The notes under the pieces: model-generated | The model's input: only the letters and a program-made list of their open reading frames with translations | Told to the model about the DNA's origin: nothing | The model's database searches: none | Position numbers and translations under genes: made by a program | Assembly (NCBI GenBank): GCA_963762115.1 | Contig: CAVXJH010000007.1 | Location: forward strand, 95,635 to 159,634 | Reading direction: 5' to 3' | DNA length: 64,000 nt | Source of the DNA: Candidatus Babeliales bacterium | GTDB taxonomy: Bacteria; Babelota; Babeliae; Babelales; JANWKD01 | In this document: positions 9,802 through 18,496 of the stretch, piece by piece | How positions within the stretch are numbered: position 1 is the stretch's first letter | Layout of the letters: each line of letters opens with the position of its first letter

Positions 9802-10182
9802 TTAATCATTTTTCATCACTTTAATTATTACTGGTGATGGAGAATAGTGTAACAGCTTAATTCGTTCAGGCAAAAATAATGTATCACGAGAAACAGAAAT
9901 AGGATAATTACCTTGTACAAAGTTTTTACAATCAAGATGAACCGCAAGTTCATGCAAAGACATCAACAGCAAATCACTTTTATAACCAAATAGAGCAACT
10001 GAAATTGATTCGGGCGCATCTATCTTAATAGCTTCATTGCCATAAAAACAAAGTGGCACACGCAAGGTAATCGTTTGCAATTGATGATAGCTCATACTAT
10101 GCCATAACCAATACCCTAAAATAAGCGCATTTATTTTAAGACTGTGTTTGTTCAAAAGAAGATTTCTGAGCGAAAGATTCAT
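9802..10182 (-). CDS. Short CdaR/YbbR-like protein
   Basis: N-terminal TM (KINALILGYWLW) plus one YbbR-like beta domain; lies between the cdaA-like gene and glmM. Confidence 0.65.
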   Translation of the reverse strand: MNLSLRNLLLNKHSLKINALILGYWLWHSMSYHQLQTITLRVPLCFYGNEAIKIDAPESISVALFGYKSDLLLMSLHELAVHLDCKNFVQGNYPISVSRDTLFLPERIKLLHYSPSPVIIKVMKND

Positions 10183-11011
10183 TAAAAACTCCCTTTAATG
10201 GTGATGAACCATTTTTCTTATGTTCTTTGGGGTATTGAGTAATACTTTTTAAGAGCGCAACTACTGTCGCAGCAGGCAGGTGCTGCATCATTTTTCCTTG
10301 CATAATCAACGTGAATAATCTTTCTTCGGGTTGTATTTGTAGTATAAGAGCATCGGTTTTATGCGTGATTGCTAAAGAATATTTTTGCCACGACTCAAGC
10401 AACTCATCTTCCAAAATCATAGTATTCAGTTCACATCGCCATGATGCATTAATACTTTTTAGATGACCAGAACTTTCAATCACTATCATTTTTGATGCAT
10501 CAAAACGAGGACTATCAATAAAAACTTCTAATAATTCTATTTCCAGTGAAGCATTAACCAAAAAAGGCACTGCCAAATATGGTTGAATCATATCATACTG
10601 CTCAATAACAACCAATAACTGTTTATTGGTGTTAACAGCATGCAAACATCCCCGCATTAAAACTTCAATCCAATCATTTTTAACCGACTCAATCTTTGTA
10701 TGCACTCTACTCAATGTTATAAAATTTTTCTGCAAGATCTGTTGATGAAAAAATATAAAAAGCATGAAGATAAAAGGAGCAGCATACATAAGTAAAAAAT
10801 TAACAGAAAAAAAACCTAATAATTGTGATGCGCACATTGCTAAGCAATAACCATAAAACGGCAACACAAGATTTTTTTGTTTATCACTAGCCAACCATAC
10901 TGAAAAATAATAAATCACTACAGAATAACAAATAATTTCAATACCATCATACCACCGCAATAACCAAAAAAATGGTAACAATTTCGATACGTAGTATAAG
11001 AAATCCATCAC
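10136..11011 (-). CDS. CdaA/DacA-like diadenylate cyclase homologue with degenerate catalytic motifs
   Basis: Three N-terminal TMs plus DAC-like scaffold (LLVVIEQ, NASLEIELLEVF, AITHKTDALIL); no DGA or RHR motif; cdaA-cdaR-glmM synteny. Confidence 0.7.
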   Translation of the reverse strand: MMDFLYYVSKLLPFFWLLRWYDGIEIICYSVVIYYFSVWLASDKQKNLVLPFYGYCLAMCASQLLGFFSVNFLLMYAAPFIFMLFIFFHQQILQKNFITLSRVHTKIESVKNDWIEVLMRGCLHAVNTNKQLLVVIEQYDMIQPYLAVPFLVNASLEIELLEVFIDSPRFDASKMIVIESSGHLKSINASWRCELNTMILEDELLESWQKYSLAITHKTDALILQIQPEERLFTLIMQGKMMQHLPAATVVALLKSITQYPKEHKKNGSSPLKGVFNESFAQKSSFEQTQS

Positions 11012-11191
11012 TAACTCCTTTTTATGCTTTTGAACTTCTTTTTATCATTACTCTAGAAAAAGTTTTTACTTTTGAATAGCACCGATCATTTTTTTGATAA
11101 AAAATTAGAAAAAGCTTTTTTATCAGTTATTATTATTCATAAGAATTCGATATACAAATTTAATGATATTGGTTGATAATTAAAATAATCA

Positions 11192-11367
11192 AAATGTCAT
11201 TGCGAGCCAACATTGTTGGCGTGGCAACCCAGATTATAATGTTCTCTATAAAAAAACATTATAAAAAAGCCACTAAATCGTTGGTTTAATCAACAACTCA
11301 ATGAAATAATAAATAGAATTCTATTTTACTGGGTTGCCACGGCACAATGTGCCTCGCAATGACATTT
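11192..11367. repeat. Palindromic MITE/RPE-like element
   Basis: aaatgtcattgcgag...gtggcaacccag and ctgggttgccac...ctcgcaatgacattt form nested inverted repeats around an AT-rich core. Confidence 0.8.
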
Positions 11368-11459
11368 CCGACTACCTTAATTATCGTACAATTAGTTTAT
11401 CACATGCATCGAATGCATTTATTACTCAGTACATAACCTCTTACCATGGAATAATAACA

Positions 11460-12464
11460 ATGAACAAAAAACAAATTATTTTAACCGGCGATCGCCCAAC
11501 AGGCCCATTACATCTTGGTCATTATGTTGGTTCCCTAGCAAATAGAGTTGCCTTGCAAAAAGATCATACGCAATTTGTTATGATCGCGGATGCGCAAGCA
11601 CTCACTGATAATTATGAACATCCTGAAAAAATTCACGATGCCGTATTCCAAGTTGCTCTTGATTACCTTGCTGTAGGCATTGATCCTCAACTCAGCACTA
11701 TTTTTATTCAATCTATGATTCCTGCACTTGCTGAGTTAACTTTATATTATTTAAATCTTGTTACCGTTAACCGCCTGCGAAGAAATCCAACGGTAAAAAC
11801 TGAAATTCATCAAAAAGGATTAGAAGAACATCTTCCTGCTGGTTTTTTAATGTATCCCGTCAGTCAAGCTGCTGATATAACAGCATTCAAAGCTACCTTA
11901 GTACCTGTTGGCGAAGATCAAATTCCTATGATTGAACAAACCAACGAAATTGTGCGCACTTTTAACCGCATTTATAAAACTGCAGCATTAGTTGAAACGC
12001 AAGCATTAGTTCCACAATTTGCCCGATTGCCCGGTATGGATGGAAAAGCAAAAATGAGTAAATCATTGGGAAATGCACTCTACCTTTCCGATTCACTTGA
12101 ATCGGTACAACAAAAAATAAAACAGATGTATACCGATGCAACTCACCTGAAAATCAGCGATCCAGGAAAAGTAGAAGGTAATGTGGTGTTTTCATACCTT
12201 GATGCTCTTGATCCTGATAAAGCTTCCGTTGCCGCGCTCAAAGAACAATATCAACGCGGTGGTCTTGGTGATATGACTATCAAAAAAAGATTATTTGAAG
12301 TGTTAGAATCTTTTCTAAAACCAATACAGGAACGCAGAAAGGCATTAGAACACGATCGCACGTATGTTATGTCCATTTTGCAAAAAGGAACTGCCCATGC
12401 AAATGATATTGCCGAGAAAACATTAGATGAAGTAAAATCTGCCATGCATTTACATTATTTTTAG
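11460..12464 (+). CDS. trpS: Tryptophanyl-tRNA synthetase
   Basis: [34 protein letters not shown]; start moved to ATG 11460. Confidence 0.95.
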   Translation: MNKKQIILTGDRPTGPLHLGHYVGSLANRVALQKDHTQFVMIADAQALTDNYEHPEKIHDAVFQVALDYLAVGIDPQLSTIFIQSMIPALAELTLYYLNLVTVNRLRRNPTVKTEIHQKGLEEHLPAGFLMYPVSQAADITAFKATLVPVGEDQIPMIEQTNEIVRTFNRIYKTAALVETQALVPQFARLPGMDGKAKMSKSLGNALYLSDSLESVQQKIKQMYTDATHLKISDPGKVEGNVVFSYLDALDPDKASVAALKEQYQRGGLGDMTIKKRLFEVLESFLKPIQERRKALEHDRTYVMSILQKGTAHANDIAEKTLDEVKSAMHLHYF

Positions 12465-12546
12465 AACAATCTTGCGATTCTTCCCTTTTTTATATTTTTT
12501 TTGCTAGAGTAGAAAAAATAGTATAAAAAATTAAGGGGAAATAGGT

Positions 12547-13137
12547 ATGACACAGCAAAAAAAAACATCTTCATATACCATTGGCATTGGATTGTTTTTA
12601 TTTATACTTTTAATTATTACTTGCATTGCTTACTGGCAACAAGTTCGTTTATTTCCCGAGCAAATGATGTCAAATGATATCAATCAACTCGCTATGATTT
12701 TTAATAAAATTAATGATACCTGTGGCATTCTTGATTTTCAATCTGACCATACTGAAGTTGATTTTTTAAATGTCATCGCCTTTAAAGGTTCAGAAGTCGG
12801 CGCAATGAACTTAAAATTTTCTTCAAAATGGGAAGGCCCCTACGTAAGAGATAATCCTACCATTCAAGAAAAACACTACCAAATTGTTAAAACTAAAAAG
12901 GGCTACTTTATTATTCCTGGCAATGGCGTTGCCTTAAAAAATGGCCTAGTTATAGGAAAAGATATCATTATTGATAAAAATACCGATATTACCGAGCTTA
13001 TACGAAATAAATCATTAGTTGATTCGGCCGGTAAGCCTTTAGCCCTGCCCATACCTACCCTTAATCTGCCCTCATCCATCCTTCTAGAAGACCTCTTTAT
13101 GTATGCCTCCCATAAATTACCCTTTTTAAGGGCTTAA
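12547..13137 (+). CDS. Membrane-anchored pseudopilin/GspG-like protein
   Basis: Basic N-terminus plus one TM, helix with DINQLAMI, WEGPYV resembling GspG WxGPY; no canonical G|F prepilin site. Confidence 0.45.
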   Translation: MTQQKKTSSYTIGIGLFLFILLIITCIAYWQQVRLFPEQMMSNDINQLAMIFNKINDTCGILDFQSDHTEVDFLNVIAFKGSEVGAMNLKFSSKWEGPYVRDNPTIQEKHYQIVKTKKGYFIIPGNGVALKNGLVIGKDIIIDKNTDITELIRNKSLVDSAGKPLALPIPTLNLPSSILLEDLFMYASHKLPFLRA

Positions 13138-13331
13138 TAGAGACGTTACAGGTTAAAAGGCCTGTTTAAACCTATAAAAAACGACCTTTTTAGAGGGTCA
13201 ATACCTATCAATTTTTAACCTAAAATTAATTTTCTTATTGCAATTATTTTTTATCGATATATACTTATTTTATATAAACATAATTCTATTATTGATTTTT
13301 TTTATAGCTAAAAAAACAGGAGTTTTAAGCG

Positions 13332-15083
13332 ATGTTAAACAAAAAACTACTTTTATCAATTATTTTTTCATGCCTCACTTATTCAGGCATGCAGGCTATG
13401 GAGGCTTTGTCATTGGAAGAACCTAAAGAAAATGAAGCACACGTTCTTAACGATAATGATATAGTCACTATTCAATTAACCTACAATTTTAAACAAGAAA
13501 AAGAATATGATAAAACAATGTATCAACCTAAAGATAATGACGATTATAACATCAATTACGAGGTAACAGTACCATATAAAATTATTAAAACATGTTCGTT
13601 ATTACGACGTGATATCTCTCATGAAAATACCATTATCACCATTCCTGCCACCGATATTTCTATAGAAATGTTTAAATTTATTTTAGATTTGCTCAATATA
13701 TATTCCGATGATCAATTAACAAATGAGATCAAAATACAAAAAATACACGAATTAATAAAAAACAATGAAGAAAAACTTTTTCAATTACTTGATGCAGCTA
13801 ATTATTTGAATTGTGAACCAATCTATAATGCAGCGAGTCATATTATGACACAAAAACTTGAAAGCTTAATTTTTGAAAAAAATAATTTGGCAGAAGCTCT
13901 TGCATTAGCAAAATACATCAAAAAGAAAACCAATCATTATTACAAAATATTTGAATATTTATGTGATACTTCAAAATATAAAACTGAAATCAAAGCAATT
14001 GTTAAATCAATACAAGCGTTGGAAGAAACTGAAATTATTAATTCAATATGCTTTTCTCCAGATAATAAAACACTTGCTTATACACGTATCCCAAACGATA
14101 CCGCCATAAAACTCTGGAACATTAGCAATGATGAACACTCATCAATGCCAAAAATAGATAATTTTAACATCGGGTCAATCAATTTTTCTCATGATGGCAC
14201 AAAAATCGCTTCAGGTTCTTGGAATGGCAACATAAAAATATGCGATGTAAATTCAGAAACCTGTTTAATCGATCTACAAGGACATACAACTTGGGTAACT
14301 TCAATATCTTTTTCTCATGATGATACTAAACTTGCATCTGCTTCTCATGATAACACCATAAAAGTATGGGATGCTAAAACGGGTGAATGCATATCTACTT
14401 TCCAAGAAAATGATCGAGTTCTCTCAGCCTGTTTTTCACCTAATAGCAAAATTCTTGCTTCAGCTTCCAAAAATTTTATAAAATTATGGGAAGTTTCATC
14501 GGGGAAACAGCTACAAATCCTTAATGGTCATAACAATGAAATTAGGAACATTTGTTTTTCCCCAGACGGCACAACAATTGCTTCATCTTCTCTAGATGCA
14601 ACGGTAAAAATATGGGATACATCTTCTGGAAATCTTTTAAAAACTTTAGAGGGCCACAAAAGATCCATACCTTCTGTTTGCTTTTCTCCTGATGGCACAA
14701 TAATTGCTTCCGGTTCTTTCGATAGAACAATAAAAATATGGGATGCGTCTTCTGGAAAATACTTACAAACGATCAAAGATACCGGCCAAGTTCGCGCCAT
14801 GTGCTTTTCTTCTGATGGCAAACTTGCTAAAGGATGTAATGAAAAAAATATACAGATTTTTACTTTTCATGATCTCAAGAAAGAGTTCAATCTTTCTACT
14901 TTACTATTGCTTGAATATTTGATGTATCATAAGGAACATAATTCATTACCAGCATTATCACAACTTGATCCATCCATGCAAGGATTATTCTTGTTGTTAC
15001 CAGAAGCATTCCAAAAAATGTTTACCGATATGCCTGCAACTAACGATGTTCCCACAACAAAGTCTAACTGCTTAGTTAGTTAA
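13332..15083 (+). CDS. Secreted Skp1/BTB-like + WD40-repeat protein with C-terminal CaaX (CLVS)
   Basis: Signal ...SGMQA|MEA; LFQLLDAANYLNCEPI; about 7 WD40 repeats (GH...FSPDG...ASGSFDRTIKIWD); ends KSNCLVS. Confidence 0.9.
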   Translation: MLNKKLLLSIIFSCLTYSGMQAMEALSLEEPKENEAHVLNDNDIVTIQLTYNFKQEKEYDKTMYQPKDNDDYNINYEVTVPYKIIKTCSLLRRDISHENTIITIPATDISIEMFKFILDLLNIYSDDQLTNEIKIQKIHELIKNNEEKLFQLLDAANYLNCEPIYNAASHIMTQKLESLIFEKNNLAEALALAKYIKKKTNHYYKIFEYLCDTSKYKTEIKAIVKSIQALEETEIINSICFSPDNKTLAYTRIPNDTAIKLWNISNDEHSSMPKIDNFNIGSINFSHDGTKIASGSWNGNIKICDVNSETCLIDLQGHTTWVTSISFSHDDTKLASASHDNTIKVWDAKTGECISTFQENDRVLSACFSPNSKILASASKNFIKLWEVSSGKQLQILNGHNNEIRNICFSPDGTTIASSSLDATVKIWDTSSGNLLKTLEGHKRSIPSVCFSPDGTIIASGSFDRTIKIWDASSGKYLQTIKDTGQVRAMCFSSDGKLAKGCNEKNIQIFTFHDLKKEFNLSTLLLLEYLMYHKEHNSLPALSQLDPSMQGLFLLLPEAFQKMFTDMPATNDVPTTKSNCLVS

Positions 15084-15108
15084 CAAGCAAAATAAATAAT
15101 TTTAAACA

Positions 15109-15143
15109 GAAAGAGCCGTGTTATATATAACACGGCTCTTTTT
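15109..15143 (+). terminator. Intrinsic terminator
   Basis: aaagagccgtgttat-at-ataacacggctcttttt. Confidence 0.8.
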
Positions 15144-15153
15144 ATGCTAATTT

Positions 15154-15246
15154 TTATAAAAAATTGAGAAAGAAATGTTCGAAATATGGCGAAATGCCAT
15201 TTTTAATATTCCAATCAATTGTTGTAATTTGATTATGCGCACTTTT
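15154..15246 (-). pseudogene. Duplicated 3'-end fragment of the holA-like gene
   Basis: Translates KSAHNQITTIDWNIKNGISPYFEHFFLNFL* versus KNAHDQITTIDWNIKNGISSYFEHFFLNFFK* at 16763-16858. Confidence 0.85.
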
Positions 15247-15294
15247 ATTAAACACGCTTTTTTCTTTTTATAATTTTTATTCTCAATTTTTCAA

Positions 15295-15636
15295 TTAAAA
15301 ATTTAGTTGTTCTTGTAACTTTAACCAATACTGTTCAAGTTTTTGATACATTACATGCTCTTTGTCTTTACGATTGCCAAACGATGTGCATTGAGTCGTT
15401 TCATTGTTAATAGGATAACTCATCCAACCAGAATACGATACAGATCCCTTTTCTTTATCTACACATTTACTAACAACAAGTTCTGCTCTTTTTTCTTCAT
15501 TTGTTTGAGTAAGAACTTCACGCACACATAATGTATCTTCATCAGTTTCTTTAGTTACCTTACCACCACATTCCATGGCTGATGCCGAAAAAAATAAACC
15601 TAAACTAATACTCAACATTGCACTATATAGTTTCAT
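15295..15636 (-). CDS. Small secreted protein, tandem paralogue 1
   Basis: MKLYSAMLSISLGLFFSASA|MECGGKVTK...E.LTQ...YSG...LE.YW..L. Confidence 0.85.
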   Translation of the reverse strand: MKLYSAMLSISLGLFFSASAMECGGKVTKETDEDTLCVREVLTQTNEEKRAELVVSKCVDKEKGSVSYSGWMSYPINNETTQCTSFGNRKDKEHVMYQKLEQYWLKLQEQLNF

Positions 15637-15673
15637 AGTATTCCTTATGTTTGCATTACCATGATAAAATTTA

Positions 15674-16033
15674 TTATTCTACTTGAGAGTTTAAATCGTC
15701 CCAAAGACTCTCAAGCTTTTTATGATTTTCGTCTGTCATTTCATTAAAATCACCTAAACACTTTTGCTTCATGATTGGCTCACCTTCACTCTCATCTTTT
15801 TCAATTTTATCATAAACCTCTACGCCAGAATATGCTGCAAATTTCGTCTCTTGATTAATTCTCTTAGTCACACAAAGATATGTCCCATCTTCAGTATTTT
15901 CTTGCGTAAGAATTTCATATACGTATGATGTATCTTCATCAATTGATTTAGTTACTTTACCACCACGATGCATAGCTGATGCCGAAAAAAATAAACCTAA
16001 ACTAATACCCAACATTGCACTATATAGTTTCAT
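15674..16033 (-). CDS. Small secreted protein, tandem paralogue 2
   Basis: MKLYSAMLGISLGLFFSASA|MHRGGKVTK; same motifs. Confidence 0.85.
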   Translation of the reverse strand: MKLYSAMLGISLGLFFSASAMHRGGKVTKSIDEDTSYVYEILTQENTEDGTYLCVTKRINQETKFAAYSGVEVYDKIEKDESEGEPIMKQKCLGDFNEMTDENHKKLESLWDDLNSQVE

Positions 16034-16051
16034 AGTATTTCCTTTGTTAAA

Positions 16052-16135
16052 TTAGGACTTGAATGCATGCGTTTAATTCTAATCAAAGAACTTCCAAATT
16101 TATAGCATGTTCACCTGGATCTTTTTTTTTAATCA
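16052..16135 (-). pseudogene. Decayed C-terminal remnant of a fourth paralogue
   Basis: Reads ...NLEVL*LELNAC versus RLETLWSELNSQ; nucleotide similarity to 16273-16320; Trp codon changed to TGA. Confidence 0.6.
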
Positions 16136-16200
16136 TTTCACCACCAAAACAACGTTTTATTTTAGCAGAATAAAAAAAAATAACTTTAATATGAACGCTA

Positions 16201-16246
16201 AAAAGAAAAGAGGCGTGCTCTTATAAAGCACGCCTCTTTTCTTTTT
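16201..16246. terminator. Bidirectional intrinsic terminator
   Basis: aaaagaaaagaggcgtgct...agcacgcctcttttctttt. Confidence 0.8.
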
Positions 16247-16272
16247 ATAATTTTTATTCTCAAACTTTTAAA

Positions 16273-16641
16273 TTAAGATTTTATTTGAGAATTTAATTCT
16301 GACCAAAGAGTTTCAAGTCTTTTATAACCATCACTTGTTTTATCATCAAAATCGCCTAACCATGTTTGATTAATTCCAGACAAAATATCATATGTTGAAG
16401 TTTTTTCATCATAAAACAAATCGCCAATTATACCGGAATATGATAATGCTTTTGTTTCTTTATTTTCTCGTTTACTAATAAAAAGATACTTTTGTTCTTG
16501 GTCATTTTTTTGAGTTAAAGTTTCACGTATAAATTTCTTTTCATCTTGTATCTTCTTAGTTACTTCACCACCGCACGTCATGGCAGATGCCGAAAAAAAT
16601 GAACCTAAACTAATACCCAAAATTGCAATATATAACTTCAT
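16273..16641 (-). CDS. Small secreted protein, tandem paralogue 3
   Basis: MKLYIAILGISLGSFFSASA|MTCGGEVTK; same motifs. Confidence 0.85.
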   Translation of the reverse strand: MKLYIAILGISLGSFFSASAMTCGGEVTKKIQDEKKFIRETLTQKNDQEQKYLFISKRENKETKALSYSGIIGDLFYDEKTSTYDILSGINQTWLGDFDDKTSDGYKRLETLWSELNSQIKS

Positions 16642-16762
16642 AGTATTCCTTTTAATTATAAAGATTATTCTTTAGTCAATGTTCATTGAACATCACATGG
16701 GAAAAATATCACTAAAATCTAAAAACTTCAAGAAACGATTAATTAAAGATGCACATTACAAT

Positions 16763-17701
16763 TCATTTAAAAAAATTGAGAAAGAAATGTTCAAAATAGG
16801 AAGAAATACCATTTTTGATATTCCAATCAATGGTAGTTATTTGATCATGTGCATTTTTAAGTTCAATCAAATTCACACTTCGCCAATCTTTCTGCACAAA
16901 AGAAAAAGGAAGGCGAAACGCACTTTTTTTTGCTTGCGCAAAGTCTTTTTTTTGCATTAATTCAACAAAACAATAAGCACGAAAAAGTTGTTCAGACCAG
17001 TAGGTCGTCCAAAAAACATCGCCATAATCATCTTTAATGGCATGCCAAAGTTTAAAAAATTCTCGATCTTGTTTTGCAAAAAAATAGCTACTCAAAGTAA
17101 ATAACGATTTTTCTGGCACCATAAGCGCATCAAATAACTCTGCAACGTCACCATCAATTTTAGAACCTAACACAAGTGCATAGTTCATCAATAAACATGC
17201 ATTCTCAAGTGAAAGAAATTTATATTTTCTAAAAAACGAAAGCACAACCTGGCTTTTAGCCTTAGTGGCATATTCAGGAAAAAATAATGAAAATAATTGT
17301 ATATATAATTCAAGATCAATATCATTGGGAAGCTCTACAGCGTGAATTTTGGCAATTAATGGTTTGTCAGTAAAAAAATGTAATGTATGCGGCCCTTCAT
17401 ACTGCTCAAAATAACTTTGCAAGTTTAATTGTTGTTTAGCATCAAGACCAATAAAATCAGTAAGCCAGTAAAAATAATTTGTTCCCAAGAATGACATTTC
17501 TAAATGCGATTTATAAGAAAGATCGTGCACAATATTTTCACAATCTAATGATTGAATTATATATTCATTTTTTTTGTACACTTGTTTTAAATGATAAAAA
17601 AATAGTGCGGGATATTTTTTACCTACAAAGCAAAAAACTGGCGGTAGTTTCCTACTTCCAGTTTTATCAGGTAATATGCTAAGAAATGCAATAAAATCCA
17701 T
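16763..17701 (-). CDS. holA: Divergent DNA polymerase III delta subunit-like protein
   Basis: About 310 aa; N-terminal VFCFVG, MSFLG; C-terminal helical domain ending IDWNIKNG (cf. HolA D..IKTG). Confidence 0.6.
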   Translation of the reverse strand: MDFIAFLSILPDKTGSRKLPPVFCFVGKKYPALFFYHLKQVYKKNEYIIQSLDCENIVHDLSYKSHLEMSFLGTNYFYWLTDFIGLDAKQQLNLQSYFEQYEGPHTLHFFTDKPLIAKIHAVELPNDIDLELYIQLFSLFFPEYATKAKSQVVLSFFRKYKFLSLENACLLMNYALVLGSKIDGDVAELFDALMVPEKSLFTLSSYFFAKQDREFFKLWHAIKDDYGDVFWTTYWSEQLFRAYCFVELMQKKDFAQAKKSAFRLPFSFVQKDWRSVNLIELKNAHDQITTIDWNIKNGISSYFEHFFLNFFK

Positions 17702-17704
17702 TAT

Positions 17705-18493
17705 TTATAACGACGTTTCGTCTAAACGCATTCTAATACTATTGAAAGGTTGCTTATTAGATTGAGTTTGTTCTTGTTGCCTATTACTCATACTAAAAAT
17801 TTCTTCTACGCCTTTTTGTGCTAATAAGCGCATTTTTTCAACTTGGTTCCATGCGATTGGTTTTTGTTCAGATGAACCTTGTAATTCAACAATATTCCCC
17901 GAACGAGTAAGCACAAAATTAAAATCAGCATCAACAGAACTATCTTCAGCAAAATCTAAATCAAGCAATAGAATGTTATCTTTAACGCCAACAGAAATAG
18001 CAGCAAGATCATCTCGTATAATCGTTGTTGTTATCTTGCCAAGTGCCAGCCAACGCTCAACAGCAATTTTTAAAGCAATAAAAGCACCGCTAATACAAGC
18101 AGTGCGTGTTCCACCGTCTGCTTGCACAACATCGCAGTCAACAACTATGGTTCTTTCACCAAGTTGATCAAGTGATACAACCGAACGTAACACTCGACCA
18201 ATCAAACGTGAAATTTCAATAGATCTGCCATTTTGTTTGAAAGCAGTTTCACGTTCTTTACGCGTATGCGTTGCTGTTGGCAACATGGAATATTCAGCAG
18301 TGAGCCAACCAACCTTTTTACCTTTTAAAAAAGGTGGAACATTATTTTGCAGCGTTATAGCACACAAAACTTTTGTTTTTCCCAATTCAAGAAAAACCGA
18401 AGCAGAGGCATATTCAAAAACATCATACATAATGTTCAAAGGCCGGATTTGATCAAAATCGCGGCCTTGTGTTCTTATAACCTTAGTTTCCAT
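17705..18493 (-). CDS. rph: Ribonuclease PH
   Basis: GWLTAEYSMLP, GRSIEISRLIGR, DCDVVQADGGTRTA. Confidence 0.97.
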   Translation of the reverse strand: METKVIRTQGRDFDQIRPLNIMYDVFEYASASVFLELGKTKVLCAITLQNNVPPFLKGKKVGWLTAEYSMLPTATHTRKERETAFKQNGRSIEISRLIGRVLRSVVSLDQLGERTIVVDCDVVQADGGTRTACISGAFIALKIAVERWLALGKITTTIIRDDLAAISVGVKDNILLLDLDFAEDSSVDADFNFVLTRSGNIVELQGSSEQKPIAWNQVEKMRLLAQKGVEEIFSMSNRQQEQTQSNKQPFNSIRMRLDETSL

Positions 18494-18496
18494 TAT

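Noticed and set aside
11334..11459. 42-aa N-terminal extension of TrpS in the ORF track
   Set aside because: It begins at a TTG inside the palindromic element; TrpS homology starts at ATG 11460.
14040..14860. Repeated ~125-bp DNA units that could suggest a CRISPR array or DGR
   Set aside because: They are WD40 coding repeats; there is no repeat-spacer structure, cas gene or reverse transcriptase in the window.
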